From positions 160,001 to 224,000 of the forward strand of contig JAVJQW010000018.1 of NCBI GenBank assembly GCA_040218735.1: 64,000 bases of DNA, given 5' to 3'. The notes beneath the pieces are model-generated. The model was given only the letters and a program-made list of their open reading frames with translations. It did no database searches and was not told where the DNA came from. The position numbers and the translations under genes are program-made. This DNA comes from Deltaproteobacteria bacterium. GTDB lineage: Bacteria > Myxococcota > Kuafuiibacteriia > Kuafuiibacteriales > Kuafuiibacteriaceae. Positions within the stretch are counted from its first letter, which is position 1. Each line of letters starts with the position of its first letter. Positions 8,982-19,211 of the stretch are shown piece after piece.

Positions 8982-9833
8982 ATGACGGAACGTCTCCTCA
9001 CGACCCGGCAGGCGGCAGAGTGGCTCGGGGTTGGACCCACGAGCGTGAAGCGTTGGGCGGACGACGGGCGACTCGCCTGTGTTCGCACCGCGGGAGGGCA
9101 CCGGCGGTTCGAAGCCGAGGTGGTGCGCGCGTTCGGACGGAGCGTCGATGGCCCGAGCTCCGAGGTCGACGGGCTCGTCGATCTGTTTGCTTCGCGCGCG
9201 CCGTCCGCGTCGCTGCAGGCGCGCATCCTGGAGCTCAAGGTCTCCCACGGCGGCTGGGTCGGCGCGGCGCGTGTCCTCGGGGAAGCGGTCACGCGCATCG
9301 GCGAACGCTGGCGCGCGGGCACCCTCAGCGTCGCCTCGGAGCACGCGGCGACCGAGCGCCTGTATCGCGCGGTCGCGACGCTCTGTGACCAGATCCCTGT
9401 CGCGTCGAACGCGCCGACCTGCGTGTTGAGCGTCGCGGCCGGCGACGATCACGCGCTGGGGCTCTTGCTCACCGAGCTGTGCGCGAAGAGCGTGGGGTGG
9501 CAGGCGATCTGGCTGGGCACACGTACCCAAGTCGGCACGATCGTCGAGGCGATCCGCGAGCCGGGCGTCCGCGTGCTCGCGGTCTTGGCGTCCCTGTCTT
9601 CGGAGGACGAGCTGTCACTCGCCAAACAGGCGCGTGACCTGGGTGAGCTGTGTGAGCTGCACCGCGTGCAGCTGGTTCTCGGAGGCGAAGGCGCCTGGCC
9701 CGACGTCGTGTCCCGCGGTGTGCGCCTGAGGACCTTCGAGGCGTTCACGAACCTACTCGACGAGGTCGCGCGACGACCCGCGGCGCAGGACGCTGGACCA
9801 CGCCGTGGGGTATCATTCGTGAATGCGGATTAG
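8982..9833 (+). CDS. Cobalamin-binding MerR/excisionase-HTH regulator (CarH/CarA-like)
   Basis: N-terminal HTH LLTTRQAAEWLGV..SVKRWAD.G.L..RTAGGHRRF; W-x9-EH (WRAGTLSVASEH); DDHALG base-off His motif; C-terminal VLGG. Confidence 0.88.
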   Translation: MTERLLTTRQAAEWLGVGPTSVKRWADDGRLACVRTAGGHRRFEAEVVRAFGRSVDGPSSEVDGLVDLFASRAPSASLQARILELKVSHGGWVGAARVLGEAVTRIGERWRAGTLSVASEHAATERLYRAVATLCDQIPVASNAPTCVLSVAAGDDHALGLLLTELCAKSVGWQAIWLGTRTQVGTIVEAIREPGVRVLAVLASLSSEDELSLAKQARDLGELCELHRVQLVLGGEGAWPDVVSRGVRLRTFEAFTNLLDEVARRPAAQDAGPRRGVSFVNAD

Positions 9834-12693
9834 CCGCGCGGCCGCCGCGCAACGCAAGCGAATACGCCCGTTCGCCGTCGCCGTCGCCCTCGTGGCCGGC
9901 GGCGCCTGTCAGTGCGACGAGGACACGCTCGTTCGCGTACGTCCGCAGCTCGAGCTCGACCTCGAGCGCGTCGACTTCGGTGAAGTGCCCCTCGGCGCGA
10001 CCAAACGTGTCGTCGTACCGATCGCCAACGCGGGCACGGCGGAGCTCGTCATCGTCACTGCGACCACGAGCGCGCCATTCGGCGCGGTGGTGCTCGACAC
10101 GAAGATCACCGCCGGCGGCACCGGCCTGATCGACGTCCTCTTCCAACCCACGAACGACGAAGCGCAGGTCGGCACGCTGCAGATCGAGTCCAACGACGAA
10201 GACCGTCCGATCGTCACGTTGGAGCTGACCGGGCAGGGCGTCGACAGCAACCTCACGATTCGACCGACGGACATCGACTTCGGTGGCACCCCCGTCGGCG
10301 CGACGCGTGTCGTGGAGCTGCTGATGTCGAGCTTCGGCTTGGAGGCTCAGGTCGGACGTATCGTCGCGGAGGGTTTCGATCGCCCAGGGCACTTCCGCAT
10401 GACCTCGCTGGAGGACTTCTCGGGCACCGGCACCTACTCGATCGGTGCGCGGTCGCAGCTCGTGTTCGACCTCGAGTACCGCCCCGCGGAGATCGGACCT
10501 GACCGAGGGCGGCTCGTCTTCGAGGTGTGCGGGCCTCGCTGCGGGATCGAGATCGACGTGGGCGGCGAAGGCGCTGAGGCCTCCGTGCGGTTGCGACCGG
10601 CCATGATCGACTTCGGCACGATGGCGATCGGGGAGACGAAAACGGATCAGATCGTCGTCGAAAATCTCGGTAACTCGGCGCTCACCGTGCTGAGCGCCGC
10701 TTCGGCGGGCGGACCCGGGTTGGCGATCACGCCGTCGCGGAACTTCCCGGTCGGGCTCGAGCCGGGAGAGACCATCACGCTGACGGTCGAGCTCACGGCG
10801 ATGGCCGCCAACGAGATCCATCGTACCGTCGTCGTGACGACGAACGACGCAGTGCTGCCCGAGGCGCGTGCGTCGATCGTCGCGGAGGGCCAAGGGCCGC
10901 AGATCGCGGTGCAGCCGGAGTCGATCAGCTTCGGCGTCCAGCGTGACGTCGACACGTACAACCGGCCGCTCTTGCTCGTGAACGCCGGCACGACGCCGGT
11001 GCAGGTCGAGTCGGTGACGCTGCAGGGCGCGCCGGAGCTCGGGCTCGGTGTGCTCCCCGCGCTGCCGGCGCGGCTCGGCGCGGGGGAGTCGCTGTTGGTC
11101 GACGTGACGTTCTCGCCGACGGCGATCGGAGAGTACAGCGGCACCGTCACGGTCACGAGTGACGACCCGAGCGCGGCGATGGTCGACGTTCCGGTGATCG
11201 GCGGCCTCGCGGATCGCATCTGCGAGATCGACGCGGCGACGCAGCAGCTCAACTTCGGGCAGCTGCCGCCCGGCTTCAGGCGGCAGCTCACCGCGCAGCT
11301 GACGAACATCGGCTTCGACACCTGCACGATCTCGAGCGCCGCGTTCCGCGCGCCGGTCGATCCGGCGTTCAGGCTACTCAACCCGCCGTGGCCTGCGACG
11401 CTGAACCCGGGTGAGCAGCTCTCGCTCGCCTTCGAGTACACGCCGACCGACCGCGTCGAGTCGAAGGCCAACTTCACGATGCAGACCACCGACCCGGTGT
11501 TCCCGGAGCGTCACCTGTCGTTGATCGGGACGGGCGCGGGGACTCTGGAGGTCTTCACGGATCCGGAGAGCATCGACTTCGGCGTGGTCGCGCCCCAGTG
11601 CGCGACGCAGAGCCGCTCGATCCGCGTCTACAACACCGGCAGCATCGACGTGAACGTCACGGGCGTGACGCTCACGTCGAGCACGTCCGAGATCGGGTTG
11701 CAGGGCGCGCCGATGTCGATGGTGCTCACGGCCGGCGGAAGCTTTGGGTTCGACGTCACCTATGAGCCGCAGGACTTCGACGTCGACACGGCCTTCGTCG
11801 AGGTCGCGGTGGCGGAGCTCGTGTTCCCGCTCATCGTCCCGGTGCAGGGCGAGGGCGCGCCGCAACCGCAGGCGCTCGATGCGTTCCAGCAGCGCTCGGT
11901 CTCCGAGGACGTCGACGTCCTGTTCGTCATCGACGACAGCTGCTCGATGGGTGACGACCAGCAGGCGCTCGCCGCGAACTTCAGCGTGTTCATCCAGAGC
12001 GCCAACGTTCGCAGCGTCGACTTCCAGATCGGCGTCACGACCACGACGATCTTCCCGGATCCGGGCGCGCTCGTCGGGCCGGTCCTCACCAACAACACAC
12101 CGAACCTCGTCGGTGCGTTCCAAGCGCAGGCCAACGTCGGCATCACGGGGTCCGGCTTCGAGCGCGGCCTCGACGCCATGCTCGCCGCGCTTCAGGCGGC
12201 GGACGCCGGCATCGGCTACAACGCCGCGCTGCTCCGGCCCGGCGCTGCGCGCGTCGTCGTGATCGTGACCGACGAGGACGACAGCTCGGCGGGCGCGCCG
12301 GCGCTCTACTACCGTGAGCTCGTCTCGCGCTCGCCGGACGGGCAGACCGCCATCATCGTCTCCGGAGGCGCGAACGGCTGCACGACGATGGGCCGCCTCG
12401 CGTTCCCGGCGCCGCGCTACGAGGAGTTCAGGCGCCTCGCGCGCGGGATCACCGAGTCGATCTGCAACGATTGGGGGCGGACGCTCGAACGCATCGGCAA
12501 CGCGGCGTTCGGTCTCAGCGCCTTTTTCCCGCTCTCGTCCCCGACCGCCGACGTCAACTCGATCGTGGTGCGGGTCGATGGTCAGGTTGTCACGAGCGGC
12601 TGGACCTACGACCCCGTCGCGAACGCCGTCGAGTTCACGACGCCGCCTCCCCCGGGATCGACCGTCGAGATCGAGTACACGCCGACGTGTTGA
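9823..12693 (+). CDS. Surface lipoprotein with tandem choice-of-anchor D (ASH/Ig-like) domains and a C-terminal vWA domain
   Basis: GACQC lipoprotein-type signal; about six repeats starting [IV]DFG/ISFG/LNFG with N.G; MIDAS-type DVLFVIDDSCSM and VTDEDD. Confidence 0.85.
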   Translation: MRISRAAAAQRKRIRPFAVAVALVAGGACQCDEDTLVRVRPQLELDLERVDFGEVPLGATKRVVVPIANAGTAELVIVTATTSAPFGAVVLDTKITAGGTGLIDVLFQPTNDEAQVGTLQIESNDEDRPIVTLELTGQGVDSNLTIRPTDIDFGGTPVGATRVVELLMSSFGLEAQVGRIVAEGFDRPGHFRMTSLEDFSGTGTYSIGARSQLVFDLEYRPAEIGPDRGRLVFEVCGPRCGIEIDVGGEGAEASVRLRPAMIDFGTMAIGETKTDQIVVENLGNSALTVLSAASAGGPGLAITPSRNFPVGLEPGETITLTVELTAMAANEIHRTVVVTTNDAVLPEARASIVAEGQGPQIAVQPESISFGVQRDVDTYNRPLLLVNAGTTPVQVESVTLQGAPELGLGVLPALPARLGAGESLLVDVTFSPTAIGEYSGTVTVTSDDPSAAMVDVPVIGGLADRICEIDAATQQLNFGQLPPGFRRQLTAQLTNIGFDTCTISSAAFRAPVDPAFRLLNPPWPATLNPGEQLSLAFEYTPTDRVESKANFTMQTTDPVFPERHLSLIGTGAGTLEVFTDPESIDFGVVAPQCATQSRSIRVYNTGSIDVNVTGVTLTSSTSEIGLQGAPMSMVLTAGGSFGFDVTYEPQDFDVDTAFVEVAVAELVFPLIVPVQGEGAPQPQALDAFQQRSVSEDVDVLFVIDDSCSMGDDQQALAANFSVFIQSANVRSVDFQIGVTTTTIFPDPGALVGPVLTNNTPNLVGAFQAQANVGITGSGFERGLDAMLAALQAADAGIGYNAALLRPGAARVVVIVTDEDDSSAGAPALYYRELVSRSPDGQTAIIVSGGANGCTTMGRLAFPAPRYEEFRRLARGITESICNDWGRTLERIGNAAFGLSAFFPLSSPTADVNSIVVRVDGQVVTSGWTYDPVANAVEFTTPPPPGSTVEIEYTPTC

Positions 12694-13994
12694 GACGCAC
12701 CTCCTTCATCGCGGTCTTCGCTTCGTTCGTCGCGTCGTGCGGCGGCCCTCCGTGCCGTTCACCGTCGGACTGCCCGTTCGGCTCGCACTGTGTCTTCGAG
12801 CTCAGCGAGAACTCGATCGGCGGGTCGTGTGTCAGCGAGTGCATCGAGCACACCGACTGCCCGGCGGGTGAGAACAACGTCGTCATCCCGATCTGCAACA
12901 ACACCGGGCGCTGTGAGCTGCGCGCGCGCCCGCCGTTGGTGCGCGTGCTGTCGCCGTTGATCGACGAGCGCTTCCCCGTCGGGACGCGGACGATCGTCGT
13001 CTCGGGCGAGGTCGAGACCGCGGCCGACTTCGTGGGGATCGATCTGCAGATCGTCCCCGGGGGGCAGTGCGGTGCGTCGGGCGGGCAGACGATCACGGTC
13101 GAGAACCCGACGCCCGGTTCGTTCAGCGTGGTGCCGTTCATCATCGACGGCGTCGAGGTCGACACCGGACCGGCGACCCTGATCGTCGAAGCCTCCGTCC
13201 TCGGATCACGTCAGACCAAACCGATACCGATCGAGATCGAGTGTCCGGGCTGCCCCGAGATCGCCCTCGACACGAACCTCGTCGCGAGCGGGCTCGAGCT
13301 CGCCCGGATCGCAGGCACCGTGCGTGGCGTCGAAGTCCCCGCCGCCGTGTGGCGTGTGCGGTCGGTGCACGGCGACGTGATCGACGGCCTGATGCCGGTG
13401 CAGGGCGGCACCTTCGCGGCGACGCGGCTCCCGCTGTTCGCCGGCGCCAACCGGATCGAGGTGAGCGCGGCCGCTCCGGGCGGCGCCGAGTCACGGTGCT
13501 CGGTGAGCATCGACGCCCCCGCCGTCGACCGCGGCCTGCGCGCGTTCATCACCTGGGACGGACCGACGAGTGATCTCGACCTCCACGTGATCGGGCCGGG
13601 CGGCGCGTTCGGCGACGGTGCCTCGTCGCTCTCCGCCCGCGGCCGCTTCCCGACGTTCGGCGGCGTCGTGAACGACGACGCAGAGGGGTTCGGCCCCGAG
13701 GAGCTCCGTATCGCGGGGCCGCCGCTGGGGACGTACGGGTTCATCGTCGAGCCGGTCACCGACGGGCGCGATCCCGGCGCGAGCGCGTTCCTTCGTGTCC
13801 TCTACGACGGTCGCCTCGTACAGCGAGGCCCGATCGGCCCGGCGTACGTGAGCGCGGACCTCGGCGAGCTGTGGGTCGCGGGGCGCCTCGTGATCGACGA
13901 GGACGGCGCGACCTGGGACGGCCACGATCAGTACGTGCCGACCGTGCCGCTCCCGGACGCCGCGCCAGAGGCGTGGCCCCCGTACCAGCGATGA
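12690..13994 (+). CDS. Cys-rich lipoprotein with a C-terminal YfaP/DUF2135-like domain
   Basis: TTG overlaps the upstream stop (GTG 12687 is an alternative); FVASC lipobox; Cys-rich N-terminus; LRAFITWDGPTSDLDLHV...DDAEGFGPE motif. Confidence 0.75.
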   Translation: MRRTSFIAVFASFVASCGGPPCRSPSDCPFGSHCVFELSENSIGGSCVSECIEHTDCPAGENNVVIPICNNTGRCELRARPPLVRVLSPLIDERFPVGTRTIVVSGEVETAADFVGIDLQIVPGGQCGASGGQTITVENPTPGSFSVVPFIIDGVEVDTGPATLIVEASVLGSRQTKPIPIEIECPGCPEIALDTNLVASGLELARIAGTVRGVEVPAAVWRVRSVHGDVIDGLMPVQGGTFAATRLPLFAGANRIEVSAAAPGGAESRCSVSIDAPAVDRGLRAFITWDGPTSDLDLHVIGPGGAFGDGASSLSARGRFPTFGGVVNDDAEGFGPEELRIAGPPLGTYGFIVEPVTDGRDPGASAFLRVLYDGRLVQRGPIGPAYVSADLGELWVAGRLVIDEDGATWDGHDQYVPTVPLPDAAPEAWPPYQR

Positions 13995-14086
13995 CAGTGC
14001 AGCGATGACAGACGTCCCAACCGAACCACGGTCCAACGCGACGTGAACGGTCGAAGGATCGCGATCGGATCGTCTACAATGAGGGC

Positions 14087-15178
14087 ATGGTTCGTCCTGC
14101 AGGAGCACCGACGAACGGCCCGGTGAGGGTCGTCGACGAACCCGCCATCGTCGAGGAAGACGGCGCGGGGACACGGGTCACGATCGAAGGGGGCGGCCCA
14201 CCGGTCGTCCAGGCCGACGCGGAGACCGCACGTGTCGCGGAGGCCCGCGTCCGCGCGGACCCGCTTGCGCAGCAGCATCAGCTCCGCATTCAGGCGAAGC
14301 TCGACGCGCGCGTGGATCCGGAGACGGCGACGCGCGTGGTCCGGTTCGGGCACCGCGTCGCGCACCAGATCTACGACGAGGGCAGCGCGACGGCCGCACA
14401 CGCGATGCAATCGCTCGAAGCGGCGAGCCGCCTCTCCGGGCAGGGACGACTCGTCACCACCGGGACGATCGAGCGCTCCGGCAATCGATTCGTCTACAGC
14501 CCCGAACCTCGCGACCGGCTCGTGGTGCCGGGAGAGGACGGCGGCACGCGCACGTATCGTTTCGACAAGATCGAAGGGAATCTGTCCAGCGTCGAGGCCT
14601 ACTTTCAGAACGACCACGACTTCCGCTTCTCGGTCGAGGAGGGGGAGGGCGAGCGGCTCGACATCACGTCGACGAAGGACGGCCGTCAGCACGACGTCAC
14701 CGTGAAGGGCAACGTGGTGTTCGAGGGCGAGACGTTCCAGGCCGACATTCGGTACCGCGGTAACGAGGTCCACGAGGGTGACTCGACGGGTTCGACGTAC
14801 ACGAGCACGGCGACGTACTCCGGGACGGTGCGCGGAGAGGGCATGGTTCTCACGGTCGAAGAGACGCAGCGGTACCAGCAGGTGAACGCGGTGCGGACGG
14901 AGGGCTTCGGAGGCTCCGCCGTCTCGCGTACGCGGGAGATCAACAACCGCCTCGAGGTCGGCGACGACACCTATCGCTGGCAAGGCGTCCGCACGCACCA
15001 GACGTTCCGCAACGGGTACGCAAACAATGCCAACGGTGAGTGGGCGGCGGCGGGGCAGCTCTTCCACAACGACGCGCTGCTCGGGACGTATCGGCTCGGC
15101 TCCACGGGCAACATCATCGCGTTCCAGCTCGACCTTGGGACCGAGCAGGTGGAGATCGACCGCTTTCAGCGACGCTGA
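14087..15178 (+). CDS. Hypothetical beta-rich protein without signal peptide
   Basis: Typical codon bias, GAGG before the ATG; low-complexity N-terminus, then a Thr/Gly/Tyr-rich beta-strand pattern. Confidence 0.7.
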   Translation: MVRPAGAPTNGPVRVVDEPAIVEEDGAGTRVTIEGGGPPVVQADAETARVAEARVRADPLAQQHQLRIQAKLDARVDPETATRVVRFGHRVAHQIYDEGSATAAHAMQSLEAASRLSGQGRLVTTGTIERSGNRFVYSPEPRDRLVVPGEDGGTRTYRFDKIEGNLSSVEAYFQNDHDFRFSVEEGEGERLDITSTKDGRQHDVTVKGNVVFEGETFQADIRYRGNEVHEGDSTGSTYTSTATYSGTVRGEGMVLTVEETQRYQQVNAVRTEGFGGSAVSRTREINNRLEVGDDTYRWQGVRTHQTFRNGYANNANGEWAAAGQLFHNDALLGTYRLGSTGNIIAFQLDLGTEQVEIDRFQRR

Positions 15179-15219
15179 GGGTCGACAAACCGCGCAAAAC
15201 GACCAAGGTTCGGCACGTC

Positions 15220-16089
15220 GTGACGCGCGACCTGCTGCTCCTCCTCTACGTCGGCGCGACCATCCTCGTCGGCCTCGTCGTCGCCATCGCGTTCCTCGTA
15301 TGGGGGCACCGCGTCGGCCTCCGAAGACGGCTCGCGCTCGAGTCGCGCAAGCGTTTCGAAGCGCTGCACACCGATACGCCGAAAGAAGACGCCAGCACCG
15401 AGGCTCGGCAGCGTGCGCTCGAGGCGATCGAACGCTCCGCGACGGTGACGCGTCGTCTCGTCGTGCCGTTGGCGGTGATGTTCGTGGGCTTCTTCGCGGG
15501 GCTGCCGTTCCTCGATCAAGTCCCGGCGACGATCTTCTCGCTGTTGGTCGCGGCCGTGACGGTGTTGGTTGGTATCGCGGCGCGGCCGTTCGTCGAGAAT
15601 GCGATCGCGGGGCTCGTGATCTCGTCGTCGAAGATCCTCAACATCGGCGACACCGTGCGCATCAGCGGTCACTACGGGACGGTCGAGGACATCACGCTCT
15701 CGCACACCACGCTGAAGCTTTGGGACTGGCGCCGGTTCGTCGTCCCGAACGGCGCGATGCTCAACCGCGACTTCGAGAACTACTCGCTGTTCGACAAGGA
15801 CATCTGGGCGCACGCCGAGTTCTGGGTCGCGCCGGACTCGGACCTCGAGGAGGTGGAACGCATTGCGCTCGCCTCGCCGATCGGGAGTGACTACTTCAAC
15901 GCGACCGAGGAGCCGCAGTTCTGGGTGATGGCGCTGGAGAAGGACGCGGTGCACTGCTGGGTGGCGGCGTGGGCGAAGACACCGGCCGATGCCTGGCTGT
16001 TGGTCAGCGACATGCGAAACGCGATCGCTCAGGGGCTGCGGAAGGCCGGGATCCGCACGCACAAGACCGTTTGGGAGAACAACACGTAA
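15220..16089 (+). CDS. mscS: MscS-family small-conductance mechanosensitive channel
   Basis: TM helices followed by VGIAARPFVENAIAG, IGDTVRI..HYGTVEDITLSHT, VVPNG. Start GTG 15220 is inferred. Confidence 0.88.
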   Translation: MTRDLLLLLYVGATILVGLVVAIAFLVWGHRVGLRRRLALESRKRFEALHTDTPKEDASTEARQRALEAIERSATVTRRLVVPLAVMFVGFFAGLPFLDQVPATIFSLLVAAVTVLVGIAARPFVENAIAGLVISSSKILNIGDTVRISGHYGTVEDITLSHTTLKLWDWRRFVVPNGAMLNRDFENYSLFDKDIWAHAEFWVAPDSDLEEVERIALASPIGSDYFNATEEPQFWVMALEKDAVHCWVAAWAKTPADAWLLVSDMRNAIAQGLRKAGIRTHKTVWENNT

Positions 16090-16178
16090 CCGGCGACATC
16101 GAAGGCGCGAGTCAAACGTCACACCCCCGCGACGAAGGTCGACTTGTTGCCCTCGTCGGCGTGCCGCCAAGATGACGC

Positions 16179-19100
16179 ATGACCGTGACAGGACTCACGG
16201 GCGGTGCGACGCGAAGGATTGCCGAAGCACCCAGTGACGACACCCGAATCCGCGACGACGACCCCGTCGAGCTCGCGCGAACCGAAGAAGCGCCCGTCGA
16301 CGAAACCCGAGTCGACGGCGCGGACGTACGACCGGTCGATGCCGTCCCGGCCGCCGACACGTTCGAGCGTGGCGACGGCGTAGATCCGGACGAGCGACCG
16401 CCGGTGACCGCCGGCGTCACCCCCGTCGCGGGGACGGCGACACCGGTGGCTCCGGTGGCGGACGACGTCGCGGCGTACATCGACTCGGTGCGCAGCCCCG
16501 CTTTCGCACCCGACGGTGTCGTCGGCGACGTGCGCGCTTCGACGGACCGCGACGCCGCGTGGCAGGAGCGCTACGACACCGCACTCGCGGAGCTGGACGC
16601 GCGCGCGAACAGCGCACGCCGCCGCCTCGCCGCGGGGGAGCCCGTGAATCGCTCTGTCGTCCCGCGTGGCTTCCCGGAGCCGGACGCGGATGTGACCGCA
16701 CGAATCGTCGAGGCGGGTCCGGACGGTGAACGCACCCGTCGCGAGCTCGCGGTGGCCATCGCCGACCACGAGACTTGGAACCTGCGCTACAGCGGAGAGC
16801 GTCGGCACCTGTCGACGCTGGCGAACGACGACGCGACGCCCGAGGAGCGCCACGAGGCGATCGAGGCCCTCGCGTACAACTCGGGTCGACTCAGCCCCGA
16901 TGGCGTTCGTGCGCTCGCCGCCGCGCGCCCCGGTATCGACAGTGAGCGGCTCGCGGAGCGGATCGATGACCGCGTCGCGCCGTACGCCGACGTGCTCGCG
17001 ACCGGGCAACTCCCACAGCTCGAAGGTCTGCCGCCCGGACAGCGCGCGGCCGAAGCGCTGCGGGCGATCGAAGCCGGCGAGGTCGCCTATCCGGGGCCGG
17101 TGCGGGAGCACGAAGCGCGCCTCGCGATGGAGGCGGCGCGGACCGCCGAGCCCGACGCCGCGCGCGCGCTCGAACGAGTGGGGACGTCACTCGCGACCGG
17201 GCGCCCGACGGATCCGGAGTTGGGCGCGGCGTGGGATCTGTTGTCCCGCGCCGACCCGGCGTCGCTCTCGCAAGCTGACTTGCGCGCCGCGAACCAGCTC
17301 CTCGACGCGTACCCGCCCGTCGAGGGCGGTGGCCGAGTGCTCGGTGAGGGGGACGCGGCGGCGGTCGCGGGGGACACGCTCGCCGCGAACCGCGACGCGT
17401 TCCGGGCGCGACTCGAGGAGGAGAACGCGGTCTACGCCCGAGCGGGGTTCTCGGACGACAGCATGTACGCGGGTGGCACCGCGCTGGAGAACGAGCGGCT
17501 GATCGAGGACGTCGGGAGCCGCGTCGACACCGCGAGCCGCATCGACGTGGACCGGACGCTGCTCGCCGTCGAGCAGCAGCTCGAAGCGGGCGTCGGAGAT
17601 CGGGCGTCGCTCGAAGCGCTGCGCACGCGTCTGCAGGAGCGCCGTCCGGTCGCCGCCGCCGCCGAGGCGACGGCGCGCATCGATCACGCGGTCGAGCGCG
17701 CGCTGGAGGACCAGGGCATCGCGGGCGCGGGCTGGGATGGCCTACGCAACCTCGTCGGCGACGAGTCGGGGAGCGACGCGCTGCGCGGCCGCATCGACGA
17801 GATGCGTGCGGCGCGCGACGCGCTCGCCGACATGGAGAACTTCGAGGGCACGCCGGACGAACGCGCGGCGGAGCTGGCGCGTCGGTCCGAGGCCTTCGAC
17901 ACCGCGGCGCGCGCGGCGAGCGAGGCGTTCGCCGATTACGACCAGGCGCAGGGGACACTCGGCACTCGGGCCGGCGGTGCGCTGCGCCTCGCGTTCGGCA
18001 GCCTCGAGGCGGTGGTGGGGGCGGCCGGCGTGGTCGCGCCCGAACCCGCCACGTCGATCGGAGGCGCGCTGCTGTTCGCGCACGGGCTCGACACCGCGCG
18101 GCAAGGCGCCGCGGAGCTGTGGGACGGTCAGCCGCGCCAGACGTTGTTGTTCCAGGCGGTCGACGGTGGGCTTCAGCAGCTGGGTGTCGGTGAGAACGCC
18201 GCACGGACGCTCGCGACGTTCGCCGACATGGCGCCTTCGCTCCTGACGGCGGCCGGACCGGGACGCTACGCGGCTGCGCTGCGCGCGGGGCGGACGACGC
18301 TCGGCGCGGCGGCGCCGCCAACCGGGGCTCGGTTGTTCGGAGGTGCGCTCACGCGCCGACTCGAAGGCGGCCCGACGCCGATGTCGAGGCCCGCGGCGTC
18401 TTCGCTCCCCGTGGGGAGCGGCGGGCGCGCGGGGATCGACCTCGAAGGTTTCCAGCGCGAGGCCGATCTTCTGACGCATCAGATTCGGCTGGCGCGGGAT
18501 CTCGGCGAGACGGATCTCACGACGGTCGCGCGGCTCGAGCGCGAGCTCGCGCGCGTGCAGGACCCCGCGGCGCTGCGTTCGACGATCATGGGCGCCAACG
18601 ACTCGGGACGCATCGCGGCCGAGGCGAGCCGGTTGGGCCTCGAAGGGGTCGACGCGCGGACCATCGATCGCGTGCGGAGTTATTTGTTCGACAGCCCGGG
18701 CATCGCGTTCACACACGAGAACTACGCGGCGTGGCGACGCCTCGCGGAGGGTCGCGGCACCGCCGGGGACGCAGCATTCCTGCGCCACGAGGTCGCGGAG
18801 ATCCGCGCGCTCGAACGCAGCGGATTCGACTTCATGGGCCGCAACCTCGACGGGGCTTCGGCTTCGGTACAGAGACGTTGGCAGTCGGACTTCCGCACGG
18901 CGTACATGTCGGCGCACCGGGAGGCGCTCCAGGAGGAGTACGAGTTCCTCGCCGGGCGCGTCGGTGACGCGCTTCAGACGGGGACGGTGAACCGCAACGT
19001 CATCGCGGCGGTCGATCCGCTCAACGCGGAGGGGCGTCGCTACATGTTGCTCGACGGCAATCCGCTGACGGCGCACCCGGGCTACGCGGCCTGGCAGGCG

Positions 19101-19211
19101 CGCGCGACGCAGCCGATCCGGATCACCTCCGGCGCGGCGGAGCGCTACGGCCTCCCGCGGGACACGACGCTCGCGGACCTGGTAGCCGCCGTGCGACGAT
19201 CGACCCGGTGA
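16179..19211 (+). CDS. Polymorphic-toxin-like protein (helical body, Rhs-type pre-toxin hydrophobic segment, C-terminal HExxE domain)
   Basis: Segment GAAGVVAPEPATSIGGALLFAHGLDTARQG..LWDG; C-terminal AWRRLAEG..D..FLRHEVAE...Y.SAH; GTGA overlap with a small downstream gene. Confidence 0.65.
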   Translation: MTVTGLTGGATRRIAEAPSDDTRIRDDDPVELARTEEAPVDETRVDGADVRPVDAVPAADTFERGDGVDPDERPPVTAGVTPVAGTATPVAPVADDVAAYIDSVRSPAFAPDGVVGDVRASTDRDAAWQERYDTALAELDARANSARRRLAAGEPVNRSVVPRGFPEPDADVTARIVEAGPDGERTRRELAVAIADHETWNLRYSGERRHLSTLANDDATPEERHEAIEALAYNSGRLSPDGVRALAAARPGIDSERLAERIDDRVAPYADVLATGQLPQLEGLPPGQRAAEALRAIEAGEVAYPGPVREHEARLAMEAARTAEPDAARALERVGTSLATGRPTDPELGAAWDLLSRADPASLSQADLRAANQLLDAYPPVEGGGRVLGEGDAAAVAGDTLAANRDAFRARLEEENAVYARAGFSDDSMYAGGTALENERLIEDVGSRVDTASRIDVDRTLLAVEQQLEAGVGDRASLEALRTRLQERRPVAAAAEATARIDHAVERALEDQGIAGAGWDGLRNLVGDESGSDALRGRIDEMRAARDALADMENFEGTPDERAAELARRSEAFDTAARAASEAFADYDQAQGTLGTRAGGALRLAFGSLEAVVGAAGVVAPEPATSIGGALLFAHGLDTARQGAAELWDGQPRQTLLFQAVDGGLQQLGVGENAARTLATFADMAPSLLTAAGPGRYAAALRAGRTTLGAAAPPTGARLFGGALTRRLEGGPTPMSRPAASSLPVGSGGRAGIDLEGFQREADLLTHQIRLARDLGETDLTTVARLERELARVQDPAALRSTIMGANDSGRIAAEASRLGLEGVDARTIDRVRSYLFDSPGIAFTHENYAAWRRLAEGRGTAGDAAFLRHEVAEIRALERSGFDFMGRNLDGASASVQRRWQSDFRTAYMSAHREALQEEYEFLAGRVGDALQTGTVNRNVIAAVDPLNAEGRRYMLLDGNPLTAHPGYAAWQARATQPIRITSGAAERYGLPRDTTLADLVAAVRRSTR

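Noticed and set aside
14050-16178. Shared sigma28-like promoters before the 14087 and 16179 genes (GTCTACAA, GCCGCCAA)
   Set aside because: Too degenerate, with no consistent -35.
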